DNA of 64,000 nucleotides from Paraspadella gotoi (Eukaryota > Animalia > Chaetognatha): the NCBI GenBank assembly GCA_051294375.1, contig CM119264.1, positions 2,895,575 through 2,959,574 of the forward strand, read 5' to 3'. Below the pieces are notes generated by a model. The model did no database searches and had not been told where the DNA came from. It saw only the letters and a list, made by a program, of their open reading frames with translations. This document shows, piece by piece, positions 40,601 to 55,331 of this stretch (position 1 is its first letter; the number at the start of each line of letters is the position of its first letter). The translations under genes and the position numbers were made by a program.

Positions 40601-41553
40601 TACGACCTTTTTGAAAGAGGAAACTAATTAGGAAAAGAATTCGTTTTAGCTGTAGAACTATATACATTAACTAAAAGACCGCCGCTTACTTGCGCTGCGA
40701 ATTTCGTGTTTTGCCCGAAAAGCGAAAATGTTTATATCGCAAGTTGTTTATCAAGTTGTAATGTGTCAAGATTTCTGTCTTTTTACTGCCGATTAGAAAA
40801 AAAAAAAAACTCCGGGGATTATAAGTGAAAACCCACGAACGAGTCGAGCGGAAAAAATAGAGGGAAAGCAGCAAAAAAATTAAAAGAAACAAGAATGATT
40901 CATCCAATGTGTTGCGCCGCAGTGACTTTATTTTCACGTGTATTTCCTTTTGATCACATGATGTGACATGACATGACATGACTAAAAAACTTTCTTTTCT
41001 TCGTGTATTACATGCTCTGCATCGAAATTCCGTAATTTATTCCTCGTTTTAGGAGCAACCAACTATAGGCGATTTATATGATTTTTAACGAAGGTGGGAC
41101 AGACCGATGAACAGACATACCGACAGAAAAATGACTTATAGAGTTTCTCCGCCAGTACTCGCGGCGTAACTAAAAATGTTTAAAAAAGTGAAAAAAGTCA
41201 AAGAAAAAAGTGAAAGAAAAGGTGAAAGAAAAAAGTGAAAAAATAATGAAAGAAAAAAGTGAAAGAAAAAAATGAAAAAAAAAGTGAAAAAAGTGCGATA
41301 AAAATTTAAGAAAATTTTAAGAAAAAGTAAAAAAAAAGTTAAAAAAATAGTGAAAGAAAAAAGTGAAAGAAAAAAGTGAAAGAAAAAGGGCAAAACTGCA
41401 GCTCCGTGACCTTGAGCCGCCGTCGTGGAAGAAAAAACGTTGGATTCCAAACGAGTTCTGTAAGAGAGAAAGAAAAAGAGAGAGAGAGAGAGAGAGAGAG
41501 ANNNNNNNNNNNNNNNNNNNNNNNNNGAGAAAGAGAGAAAAGAGAGAAGAGAG

Positions 41554-41584
<31 letters not shown>

Positions 41585-42385
41585 AGACTAAAGAACTAAT
41601 GAAACATAAACATGAAAGATCGAAAAAGAAAATAAAACCGACAAAAAAAAAAATTCATTCAAATAAAAAAAAGAAGATGAAAAAAATTGAAATGAAAAAA
41701 AATAGAGAAAAACTGGAACGATGAAGGAGTGAATGAATGAATGAATGAACGAAAATGAATGAATGAATGATGAACGATGAATGAATGAAGATACGAATCA
41801 TTATCGATCGAGAAAAATGTCAAGAGAAAAGAATAGAAATAGAAAAAGATAAACCAAAAAAAAAAAAGAAAGATATTAGAAAGAGATGAAGAGACGTGAC
41901 AAGAAAGACGACGTCCCTTCAGCGACTCTCTCGTCGAAACTAGAAAGAAAAAAAAAAGGGGAAACGCGAAAGAAATTCCCCACCCCCCCAAAAAAAAAAT
42001 AAGGACTGACAAGAAGAGAGGAATAAGAAGGGAAAAAAAAGGAAAATAAGGGAAAAAAAGAAAAATAAGGGAAAAAAAGAAAAAAAATAAGGAAATAGAT
42101 TGACGAGTGCGAAAAAATAAGCAGGGGGGGAAAGGGGCGAGGATTAAGTTAACGTCTCTATACATTTGCAATAAAAAACGAAAATTAAAACATCAGTTGG
42201 CGGACGCTTCTGGTTAAAAGTTATGAACGTTCAAAAATCCAATATTTGCGATGAAATCCATTTCTAAAAATAAAAGACGTTAAAACCGATGCTTGGGTTT
42301 ATTGCACCTTAAATTGAACCCGAGGAAAAAAAAAAGAAAAAAAAAAGGAAAAAAAGTTGGAGAAGAAATTAGGAAACATGGGAGG

Positions 42386-42434
<49 letters not shown>

Positions 42435-42460
42435 AAGAGAGAGAGAGAGAGAAAGAGAGA

Positions 42461-42509
<49 letters not shown>

Positions 42510-43350
42510 AAACACTGGAAATTGGGTTTCGTCGCGTTGAGAGGCGTAAAGAACTAATGAAACATAAACATGAAAGATCGAAAAGAAAATAAAACCGAAC
42601 AAAAAAAAATTCATTCAAATAAAAAAAAAGAAGATGAAAAAAAATTGAAATGAAAAAAAAATAGAGAAAAACTGGAACGATGAAGGAGTGAATGAATGAA
42701 TGAATGAACGAAAGAATGAATGAATGAATGAATGAACGATGAATGAATGAAGATACGAATCATTATCGATCGAGAAAAATGTCAAGAGAAATAGAAATAG
42801 AAAAAGATAAACCAAAAAAAAAATAAGAGAAGATATTTAGAAAGAGATGAGAGACGTGACAAGAAAGACGACGTCCCTTCAGCGACTCTCTCGTCGAAAC
42901 TAGAAAGAAAAAAAAAAGGGAAACGCGAAAGAAATTCCCCCCCCCAAAAAAAAAAATAAGGACTGATCAAGAAGAGGAGAAATAAAGAAGGGGGAAAAAA
43001 AAGGAAAAATAAGGGAAAAAAAGGAAAAATAAGGGAAAAAAAGAAAAAATAAGGGAATAGATTGACGAGTGCGAAAAATAAGCAGGGGGGGGAAAGGGGC
43101 GAGGATTAAGTTAACGTCTCTATACATTTGCAATAAAAAACGAAAATTAAAACATCAGTTGGCGGACGCTTCTGGTTAAAAGTTATGAACGTTCAAAATC
43201 CAATGATTTGCGATGAAATTCCATTTCTAAAAATAAAAGACGTTAAAACCGACTGCTTGGGTTTATTGCACCTTAAATTGAACCCGAGGAAAAAAAAAAG
43301 AAAAAAAAAAGGAAAAAAAAGTTGGAGAAGAAATTAGGAAACATGGGAGG

Positions 43351-43439
<89 letters not shown>

Positions 43440-45189
43440 CAACTGGAAATTGGGTTTCGTCGCGTTGAGAGGCGTTTGCTTATTTTCTTTTCTTCTTTTC
43501 TTTTCTTTTATTCTTTCTTTTTCCCCCAAATGACTCAATGGGTTTTTTCAGCCTCTTTTCTCCTTCAGTTCTCTTTCTCTGCTCATTCCCTTCTGCATTC
43601 TCTTTGCTGTCTCGTTCCCTCTGCATTCCCGAATCTCTCTTTTCTCTTCTGCGTTAATCTGTCTACCTTTTCCCTCTCGCATTCCCAAATCTCCCTTTTC
43701 TATTCTGCATTCTCGTTTTTGCCTTTTCCATTATTCTCTCAGTAATCATTTTTTCTTGGGTATTTTCTGAGCATCCTTTTCCTTTCTACATTCTTTTATT
43801 TCCTTTTCCCTTTGGCATTCTTTTCCTTTCTTTATTCTTTTATTTCCTTTTCCCTTTTGCATTCTTTTCTTTCTTTATTCTTTTATTTCCTTTTCCCTTT
43901 TGCATTCTTTTCCTTTCTTTATTCTTTTATTACCTTTTCCCTTTGGCTCTCTTTTCCTTTCTACATTCTTTTATTTCCTTTTCCCTTTTGCATCCTTTTC
44001 CTTTCTACATACTTTTATTTCCTTTTCCCTTTTGCATCCTTTTCCTTTCTTCATTCTTTTATATCCTTTTCCCTTTTGCATCCTTTTCCTTTCTACATTC
44101 TTTTATATCCTTTTCCCTTTTGCATCTTTTTCCTTTCTACATTCTTTTATATCCTTTTCCCTTTTGCATCCTTTTCCGTTCTTCATTCTTTTTATCTTTA
44201 CTTCTTTCTGTTCTTAACTCTTCTTTCTCCTCTTTTTCTCTCCCTCTGTTTTTTCTTCTTTTTTTGCTCTTTTGTTCCTCTTATGTTTTTCGGCTGCGCT
44301 GGGTCCGAGCAAACAAATGCGCAATCAGCTCTTGTACTTAAATCATTTCGTTTAATGATTTATTTTTGAATATAATTACTTTACAAATTATCATATGAAT
44401 AAATCCCAGTGCTTTCCTTTTTAAATTGTATGTTTTTCACCCGTTTTTTAATATACTAATAATGATTTTGTTTTAACACATTGCTTGAGATTCAGAATAA
44501 CGCGATGAATGACAAACACTATTCTTTTTATCGAGATTCGCTACTGTAAGCCAATGGCCACCAATCTCCTATGGCCAAATTAGGCCATCCCTTTTCTATT
44601 GCCAAATGAGGCCATCTTTTTTCTATGGCCAAATGAGGCTATCCCTTTTCTCTGGCCAAATGAGGCCATCCCTTTTCTATGGCCAAATGAGGCCAACCCT
44701 TTTCTATGGCCAAATTAGACCATCCCTTTTCTATGGCCAAATGAGGCCATCCCTCTTCTATGGCACAAATTAGGCCATCCCTTTTCTATGGCTAAATGTG
44801 GCCAACCCTTTTCTATGGCCAAATTAGGCCATCCCTTTTCTATGGCCAAATGAGGTTATCCACAAAGTTGTTTTGTAAATGTTCTGAGACTATTTACGGC
44901 CCACATTCCTCTTGGCCCCAACTCTTTGGCCTGCAGTCATTGCCATTGGACTCTACTTCCCTCGGGCCAATGGCCTCTTCCTCCCCCTCCTCTTCCTCAA
45001 TCGTCCATTTCGGACCCAAGACTTCACCGGACGAGATAATTGGATATCACCGTTTATGGCGAATATTGAGCGAGGCTGGTCCACGGGGTCAGAGCCCTTG
45101 GCTCCATCGGTCGAAACCCTTTCCTTTTTGGATTTCATTTCCATCACCTCTTTCCATTTTCTTTCTTTTTTTCTCTCTTTTCTTTTTTT

Positions 45190-45261
<72 letters not shown>

Positions 45262-45982
45262 TTCAACTCAATTTCTTTCTTTCCTTCAACATTCCTCCTT
45301 TTTTCAGTTCAGTTCAGACTTCTGATGATAATTTCAATCATTGACTTTTTAGTTGCGCCGCGAGTACTCGAAGAGCAACTCTATAAGTAACTTTTCAGTC
45401 GGACGGTACGTCTGTCGGTCGGTCCGTTGGTTTCTCTATCTGTCGGTCTGTCCCACTTATATTAAAAATGCATATAATATTTGTTAAGACATGAAAAAAC
45501 TTCAAATCTAAGTGACTGCTAGCGCCACCTTCAGGAATTCCTAAAACTATAAGGAAAAAAAGATGGAATTTTTATGCAGTGCATGTCATAAATACACAGG
45601 AAAATAAAGTTTTTTTGGACATGTTATGACATGTCATGTCATATCATGTGATCAAAGCTAAATACACTTGAAAATAAAGTCACTACGGCGCAACACATTG
45701 GAATTACCGTTCTTGTTTTAAATCATTTCTCTCGTGAGATTCGGAAAAAAGGTTGTGATTCGGGGGAAGTGATAGAAATGGTGATAGAGACGAAAGAGGG
45801 AGTGAGGTGAAGGTCATCACATCACTGATAACATAAAACTCAAAACTCGGATATCGAAACGTGAGGCAGGAGAATCGTCGTTGAGATCTTCTCTACGGCG
45901 ATCGTCGTAAAGGCGATGGCCTCCACGGCGAACTCCTTAGCGAGGGGAGATGGACGAAGGACGAACCAAAGACGAATTCGCC

Positions 45983-46025
<43 letters not shown>

Positions 46026-46210
46026 CATTTGGGTTCATCCTTTCTCCTTTCTTCCCTTTTCATTAGGCCTTTTTTTTCCTTTTTGATGCATTATGCATGT
46101 GCTTTCTTTCTTTTTCTTTCTTTTTTATCTTCCTTTTTTTGGCCCTTATTTGCTTTCTTCTGATCTCCATTCGTTTCACACGTCCCTTTAGTAATTTCTT
46201 TCTCTCGCTC

Positions 46211-46285
<75 letters not shown>

Positions 46286-48029
46286 ATTTCGTTCTTCTCT
46301 TTCTATCTTTTATTTCCAGCAACTTTTCAACTTCATTACTCTTGATGTCCCAAAGTTGCCAAAAAACCGTCATTTTCATTTCAGAATCAAATCTCGTGGA
46401 AGAAAGAAAATTTTTCTTTTTTTGTTTGGGAATGGATTTTTTTGTTCACTCGCGCAAGAAATAAAAAGATTAAACAATAACAGCGAAAAAAATGTGGCAG
46501 ACTAACTTGTGGTTCCTTTTAAATTAGATTGAGTTCTTTAATCTCATTTACATATTGTAGCTGCTTACATCAATTCTCATATCTTTTGATATAGCTTTTT
46601 TAAAAAGTTTCATTTTACTATTTCTCTTTTACTGTTTCTCTATTGTTAATATTCTACCTAACATCTTTCCCATACTTTTCTATTCCTTTCTATTCCTTTC
46701 TATTCCTTTCTATTTCCTCCTCTTGCTACATACGTTTTTCCAATTTCTATTTCCCCTTCTCTCTCCTCATTTTCATTTTTCATAACTCTCTTTGCCCGTA
46801 CACATCTTTTCCTTCTTTACCTTTCTCATATCCTTTATCTATATTTTCTCTAAACCACTCGCTCTCTATTCTTCTAATCTCTCCCTCTCTATTCTCCTAA
46901 TCTCTCCCTCTCTATTCTACTAATCTCCCCCTCTCTATATTCCTAAACTCTTCCTCTCTATTCTTTTAATCTCTCCCTCTCTATCTTTTTAATCTCTCCC
47001 TCTCTATTCTCCTAATCTCTCCCTCTCTATTCTCCTAATTTTCTCCATCTCTATTCTCCTAATCTCTCCCTCTATTCTCCTAATCTCCCCCTCTCTATAT
47101 TCCTAAACTCTTCCTCTTATTCTTTTAATCTCTCCCTCTCTATTCTTTTAATCTCTCCCTTCTATTCCTATCTCTCCCTCTCTATTCTCCTAATTTCTCC
47201 ATCTCTATTCTCCTAATCTCTCCCTCTCTATTCTCCTAATCTCCCCTCTCTATATCCTAAACTCTTCCTCTCTATTCTTTTAATCTCTCCCTCTCTATTC
47301 TTTAATCTCTCCCTCTCTATTCTCTATTCTCCTAATTCTCCCTCTCTATTCTCCTAATTTCTCCATTCTCTATCTCCTAATCTCTCCCTCTCTATTCTCC
47401 TAATCTCCCCCTCTCTATATTCCTAAACTCTTCCTCTCTATTCTTTTAATCTCTCCCTCTCTATTCTTTTATCTCTCCCTCTCATTCTCTAATTCTCCCT
47501 CTCTATTCTCCTAATCTCTCCATCTCTATTCTCCTAATCTCTCCCTCTCTATTCTCCTAATTTCTCCTCTCTATTCTCCTAATCTCTCCCTCTCTATTCT
47601 TCTTCATTCTTTCTCCCTCTCTATTCTTTTAATCTCTCCCTCTCTATTCTTTATCTATTAATCTCTCCCTCTCTATTCTCTAATCTCTCCCTCTCTATCT
47701 TTTAATCTCTCCCTCTCTATTCTCCTAATCTCTCCCTTTCTATTCTCCTAATCTCTCCCTTTCCCCCCACAGGTTTTCAATCGGTCGGCAACGAAGGACG
47801 CGATTTCGTCGTTGGATTTTTGGAAAATCGCGACGTCGACTTCACAAGTGAGACAACGAGTGAAGTGAGACAACGAGTGAAGTGAGACAACGAGTGAAGA
47901 AGTGAGGGGTGAGATGCGTGACAGAATGTGAATCTGTGAAGGTCCTCGAACCCTCGTTTTCGGAGTTGAGTTATTACGAAATGTGAGGCCCAATGAAGAA
48001 TTTAAAGCGACGGCGGGGGATCGGAAATC

Positions 48030-48068
<39 letters not shown>

Positions 48069-49538
48069 GAGGGAAAAAGACCAGACAGCGGTCAACAACC
48101 GACCAACGAAGAAACACACCCTCTCGAGTCTTTCTCTCTCTCTCTCTCTCTCTCTCCCTCTTTCCTTAAACGATTCTCCCCTTTAAGTAACCCGGTCCTT
48201 AAGTCTTCGCGTCCATTAAACGAGGCTCTGCTTGTTAAACCAAGCAGTTGTCTTTTTCAATTAACTCTATTTTCATTTATCGATTGTAATTAGACGGTTT
48301 CGCCATAACCAATTGCTCACACTTACTTCGAATATCTATTTTTTTTAATGATTGTATCAATGCAACCACAAATGCTTGCTTCTACCACTGGCAAAACAAC
48401 TGCCTCGTTTTTTTTATAAAAAAAAAACTACCTCCCATTCAAATGAACGCCCTCTATCTTCCGCCTTCCTTTCCTTTTCTAAGAATTGCCTTCCTTCTTT
48501 TTTTTTCCTCGACGCTTTGTGACTTATTACGCGTGAGAAAATTTATGTCTTTTTCTCAGCCAATAAAGAGTTAAAAACGTTATTTTCTCTCTAAGATTTA
48601 TTACACCCAGTTTTTTTTTTAAAAAAAAAAGTAATTTGTCCTTAAAGTTAAATTTATATTTTCACTTTTACATCTAATCAATATTTTACATCGATTTATT
48701 ATACATTTATTAGACGTTGAAAAAACTAACGATCCATGAAACTAAAAACTTCGCCAGGTCCTCGAATGACGATCTCAATCTCTATGTATATCTCTATGTA
48801 TATCTATGTATATCTCTATGTATATCTCTATTCCAAAGACATTTTCTCCTCTTTCCTTTTCGAATGACGATCTATATCTCTATGTATATCTTGTTAGAGA
48901 TTGCACATTTCCTTACGGACTTGGGAACACGATTGAGCATCCTTCATATTAATTTCTCTATTGTTGACTCATCAATAACCGTAACGCCATTAGTAGTATT
49001 AATTGAAGTTAGTTGTAATTCAGTTGACAGTTATAAGGACAATCGAAATAGCAATCAGTAGAGCCATTGGAAGAGCTGTGGAAGAGCCATTGGAAGAGCT
49101 GTGGAAGCTCAAAAGCTACAAAAAATAACCATTTATTAATACTAATTCCACTATTTAATAATTTCAGTTAATCAATCAATTACCTTATGGTCCCAGGGCA
49201 ATCTCTTCAAAAAATAAAAGTTGCCCTTTCTTTTATACAAAGACTAAATTTAATGGACCAATGAGAAGAGAGATCTTCTTTAAAATTATTGAGAATTCAA
49301 TCATTAACTACTATTGGTAGAATTCGACCAATGAGAGTAAAGATAATATAAAATCATTAAAGTTGAGACTAAAACCAATTGACGTGATTCAGATATTCAC
49401 GAAGAGAATTTGTTTGAATTAAAATCATTTCTAACATATCTCTATTCCAAAGACATTTTCTCCTCTTTCCTTTTCCATAAAAAAAACCCTGGAAATTGAT
49501 TAAAGTACGAAAGTGACGCACCACACCTCCGCCGTCAG

Positions 49539-49576
<38 letters not shown>

Positions 49577-52500
49577 TCCTCGCCTGCCTGCCTTCGTTTC
49601 TATTTGAGTTTCCTCGCATATTTTTCACATTAAGTCTCGAGTCTTCAAACTCATATTCGCCTTAATATCACTTTTATCGTGAAGAAGCTTCACGTTGCGC
49701 CAGCTGACTCGCCGCGGCGCCGCCGTGTCGCCGCTGCAGCGCCGCCTTGCCCGCTGCTTCCCTTGGCCCCTTGCCCGTCACCCTTGCTTTCTGCCTCAGA
49801 CTGTCGACTCACCTTTGCCCGCAAACATTTCCATTTCTAAGCATTTGTACGGGTACAGAACTGTCAAATAATAATCAGCCGACAAGCACGAGGCTAGTCT
49901 CTTGAACAAGCCTCCAAGCATCACATCAAGCCATTCACTGAACAATGTGAACATTCCTTATCAAATGCGCCCTTAACTGACATTAAGGGCCTTTTCAGGC
50001 ACATTCTCTCACCTTTACCGTCGGTGCTTGTAATTTTTCTTTTTAATTCGATTTCTTCTCGTGGGTTTTTTCTCTCTCCTAATTTTCGAGTCTCGAATTT
50101 TCCTCTAAACTTCGACTCTTTTAAAAACATCATTTTCTTCGCATTTTTTCCACCCAAAATTGAGGTTTTTTTTTGAAGAGCAAGGTTTTTTTAAACCTAG
50201 GTTATTTGAAAAAAAAAAAAGGTTTTTTTTTAAGTAAACAAAAACATAAAACGTTTTAGGAAACGAAGGTTAAGAAGGGAAAGAGCAAATATGTACAATT
50301 TGTACATAGAATATTCCGTAAGTAAGGAAACACACAACGCATTTCGTTTAAAATTTTTCTTTCTCTTTATATGTAATAAATAAAACAACGAGCGTCGCCG
50401 TAGGGGGAGACAGCTCAGCGTCCGAAGGCTGAGGATCGACATCTTGGTTCAAGTTTCCCGAATTCTCGTTCGGGAGTCGCGACCACGAATAATAATGGTT
50501 GGCCGAGGCTATCTGGGTTATTTTAAAAAACGTTTGATTTGGAATTTTGACTTGACTGTTTTAATTCCTCATCGTCTGCATTTAATGTCAATAAATATTT
50601 TTAAATCAAGTTGAATTCTCAATCTTCGTCAGTCAAATAAATAACAAGACTATAAGATTATAAGTGCGAGGCAGCTAAAACAATATATTTATATATTTTT
50701 CTCCCTCTGTTACCAAACTTATTCCTCTCTCTCTCCCCCCCATTTCCCCCCCCAACCCCTCCCCCCCTCCACCACCCCAGACATCACCTCCACCCTTCGC
50801 CTCCAACTCGTCGCCGATTCAGACGTCATCATCAACGTCACCTTCAGACCGGAAGTGGGCGTGTCCGACTTCCGAGTGACGCTTCACGCCGGACGCGTCG
50901 CCGTCGTCGATCTCGATCCCGCGGCGTTTCTCATGAACGCCACGGGGGGCGAAGACGGCCCCGGCGGCACGGAGAGGGGCCGAGTAGAGCCCAAAGGGAT
51001 CCGGTTGACGGCGGAGAGAGAATTCGCCGTCTATGGATTCAATTTGCAAAGTTATTCCTCCGACGCGTTTTTGGGTGAGTTAAGATGGAAAAAGGAGGTG
51101 GAAGGGGTGAGGAATGAAGAGGAAAACGGGGGGGGGCGGTGAAAGAAGGTAAGTTAGCAAGAGCTGGTTTGGTCGGGGCTAAGAGAAGAGAATCAGCTCA
51201 AGTATGTATTTGTATAAAATATGAAATAAAACTTGAAGGAAACTGAATTAGTTTACAAACTATAAACTTTTTATTTTGACAAAAACTACGATTTATTTGT
51301 ACACAATTATGCGAAAACTGAATCAAAAATTCATTAGTTATCTAAACTTCTACAATATATGCAAATGAGATTAAGGAAGCTGATCTTATTCGAAATGAGC
51401 CACATAAAAGAGCATTAGGCAAGGAAGGGGAAAGAAATCGAATAAAATACAACAATTACCATAAAACGTCACATAGAAGAAAAAAATAGGGAGACTTTCG
51501 GAACGGGTGAATAACGCTACGAACTCACTCCCACTATTTCTCTTCGGCTCCAAGATCACAATCTCACGTCACAATTTTTTTTTATTCCGGTGAATGGATG
51601 GGTGAGGTTCGGCTGCAGGTTCTCTCTTTCGACTCGAACTTACCTTCCTTTTTCCCTCTCCCCCCAAAAAAAACTTTTCCGTTGATTTCCATTTTGAATT
51701 TTATCGTACGTAATACTACCAAAAGTTTCCGTGAGTAACGCTGTTTTTATTATACTGCCAATTGACTAAAGTGTCTCCTCTCAGTGGAACAAAAAATTAT
51801 TACCAAAAAAAAAATATATATAAAATTTCAACTTAAAAAAAAAAAAAAAACAACTAAGTTTCGTGTAGCGAATAATCTTTTTCGTGCGTCGAACTTTCTT
51901 AACCTTTTACTGACTTTTTCTTTTTCCGCCACTTACTCTTTTTTCCTGACCCATTACTTTCGCCTCGGCCAACTTTTTACCCCTCGCGTTTCCTGCAGTA
52001 AATCAACCACGCAAACTTGGGCTCTTAACTCATCTGCGAAACCCTCTTTCCATCTGCGAAACCCTCTATCCCATCTATGAATCCGTCTCTCCAATTGTGA
52101 ACCATTCTTGCCATCCCTGAACGCTTCTCTTTATCTTTAAACGTCATTCCCAATCTCTGAGCTCCATCCATGAGCCCTCTCCCAATCTGTAAACCCCTTC
52201 TTACCCCATCTGTAAACCCCGCCCCCCCAAAGCTTCGTGAGAAAATCGATGATCGTTTCCTCGTTTCACCGACGATAAAAAAAATGTAAACGTCAGCGAA
52301 TTCAAAGGGGAGAAGGAAGAGGAAGAGGAAAATCCCGTGCGTAACCCTTTTTTTTACCTTTTTTCCTTTCGCGCCATTTTTTTTATACCTTTTCCGAATT
52401 ATCTCACTCCTCCCCCTTGGCCTTTCCTCCCCCTTTTTCTGTCCTAATTTTTTACCTTTTCCGACATTTTCTCCCTTTTCCCCCCCTTGGCCTTCCCCCC

Positions 52501-53091
52501 TTTTTTCTGTCCTATTTTTTACCTTTTCCGAACATTTTCTCCCTATCCCCACCTTGGCCTTCCCCCTTTTTCTGTCCTATTTTTTACCTTTCCACATTTT
52601 TCACCTTCTCCCCCCTGGCCTTCCTACCCCTTTTCATCCTAATTTTACCTTTTCGACATTTTCTCCCTTTCCCCCTTGCCATTCCCCCCATTTTTCTGCC
52701 TATTTTTTACCTTTTCCGACATTTCTCCCTACTCCCCCACCTTGGCCTTCCCCCTTTTTCTGTCCTATTTTTACTTTTCCACATTTCTCCTACCCCCCCC
52801 TTGCCTTCACCCCCCTTTTCTTCCTATTTTTTACCTTTCCGACATTTCTCCCTTCTCCCCCACCTTGGCCTTCCCCCCTTTTTCTGTGCCTATTTTTACC
52901 TTTTCCGACATTTTCTCCCTTCTCCCCCCCCTTTTTCTGTCCTATTTTTTACCTGCCATTTTTTCTCTCCGCGTTCTCCAGTTCGAATTTCCATTTAGCC
53001 TTTTTTATTTTTTTTATTTTCTGCTAATGGGTTTTTAGTTGCTAATCGGGACTTAATTAAAAAAAAATTTTCGGTCAGCGTACATGTACGT

Positions 53092-53156
<65 letters not shown>

Positions 53157-53467
53157 CTCTCACTTTCTCTCATTCTCTCATTCTCTCTGTTCTGTTGTAG
53201 CATATTCATTATTTATTGCACTGCTCGTTCTTAGTTCGGTTGACGACACCCAACGATTTTGAAATCATCTCAACAGAGTCACGAAATCTGTTAAATTCTA
53301 ATTTGAGACTGGGTCGAAGAGTGAGGAGTGATGCTCACGACTAGCTCTGGCTCAGATTCGGTTCAGGTTCGGGTCAGGTTCGGGTCAGGTCCGTGGAAAA
53401 GCAAGTGAAACGGGTTGATTGGGATTTTGGGTGAACAAGGACAAAAGATGAGGAGAGATTGGTTGGT

Positions 53468-53506
<39 letters not shown>

Positions 53507-53643
53507 CGGAGGGGAAAGTGTAAATTATGCTCAGAGGGTAGGGGGGCTGAGACGTCCCGAAACGAGCGAAGAGGCGACGAGAATTCCAGATTCGATTCAA
53601 TAAAATATGAATAAAAAAGAAGTTAAAAGAAAGAAGAAAAAAA

Positions 53644-53707
<64 letters not shown>

Positions 53708-55293
53708 AGCGAAGGAAACGAAACGGAATGAATATCGATCGAAGAAACTTGAGGCGAGAATTATGATCTTAGACGCGGGTGAGTTTACGAGGGTGAGGAC
53801 GAGGGGTGAGGCCCAAACTTTTTTCCGATGCATCTGGCGGGGGTGGGGAAGAGTTTTGGGTCGTAGTGCTAGAAGGGTTTAGAAGAGTAATTGACTGATT
53901 TTTTAAAAATAGATTTTGATTTCCTCAGTATCATTTGCATATTGTCGTGTTTTTATCATGGATTTATAAATTTTTATTTCATTACCTTAAAAGTTAATAT
54001 TGAAAATAATTATGTTTGTTTATTAAATTTATTAAATATATATAATTGACATAATTGTCATAACCATTGATTTATTTAGCTAACTTTTATTCTATATTAT
54101 TATTCGTATATAAAATAATGAAATGTCCCCTTCTTTTCTCATACATCGATGGAGTTTGCCTCTTTTTGTTTTTAATATCTGCTTATTTCTGCTCATTTTC
54201 ATTATTGCAAGAATCTCATTTGCATATTGCAGTGTTTGGAAATAATACGTTTTTCATACAAAGTTCAGGAGTATGAATTAAATTTCGTTATTTTCTCAAT
54301 TTTATTGTTACAAATGGAAGTATGAGAAAAATATATTTTCATTTTTTAAATCTAAATTCTAAAATTATTCAATGCATAGCTGTTACATCGGAATGAAAAC
54401 ATAAAATTATTTTTGTAATTCTTATTCTAAGTCCAATAACTTTAATTGACAATGGTAATGATGAAATCTATGACAAAGGCAACTCGTAAGAGTTGAAAAT
54501 TTTACAAAGGCTTGATATTATCAATGTCCTTTAGTACATGTGTAGTCGGGCATTGCCTAGCTTCACTCCGCCTGTTATTATATGTTATTATATTGTTATT
54601 ATATTGTACTCTGCACTTTATCAAATTACATGGAGCTGTATTTTATGAAATCGGTACAACCAATATAAAAATTATGGACAGGCTTTTGTGGTTTATGTTA
54701 TAGTGGAATTTTAATGTTATTGTGCTGGGGAATTGTGCTGTTGAGCGATGCCTGGTAGACTATAAAGACAATGTTATGCAATTGTGCATAAAAAAAAACT
54801 CCGCTGTGGAATATAAAGTCCATGCGGCGAGAGAATACAGTAACCTAACCTAACCCAATCCCTAACCTAACCTAACCCAATCCCTAACCTAACCAACTAA
54901 CCTAACCTCAATGCCTAGCCTAACCTTACCACAATTCTTAATACCTATCATAACCCAACTACTACTAAACTAACCGCCTAACTCAACCATCCCTAACGCT
55001 AACCTAACCCATCCCTAACCTAACCCAATCCCTAACTAACCCAACCCAATCCCTAACCTAATCTAACCCAATCCCTAACCTAACCTAACCTATTCCCTAA
55101 CCAAATCCCATAGTTGTGGATCATACTTCTGCCCCGAGATGGAATTATTGTAAAAGGGATCAAAGTGGAATATTCGATGCGACGAAACTTACGCATCATG
55201 GTGAAGTCAAGGGGGGTAGTGACCCATCTATGGTGCGATGGGTAAAGTCGTTATGATGCGAGGAGACGAAATCCTTGGCAACACATCTCTCTC

Positions 55294-55331
<38 letters not shown>

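Noticed and set aside
41589-43475. Recent tandem duplication as a biological event
   Set aside because: Adjacent to an N gap with homopolymer-type differences; cannot be separated from assembly artefact.
43812-44369. Phe-rich multi-TM-like ORFs (also 52417-53038, 13781-14308, 41659-42171)
   Set aside because: Products of pyrimidine-rich repeats; no splice or homology support.
44553-44860. CRISPR-like array of palindromic repeats
   Set aside because: No unique spacers, no cas genes, eukaryotic intron.
50402-50460. tRNA or HDV-like ribozyme on the plus strand (AGCTCAG..GGTTCAAG)
   Set aside because: No cloverleaf; HDV core features (P1.1, catalytic C in J4/2) not met; tetraloops favour the minus strand.
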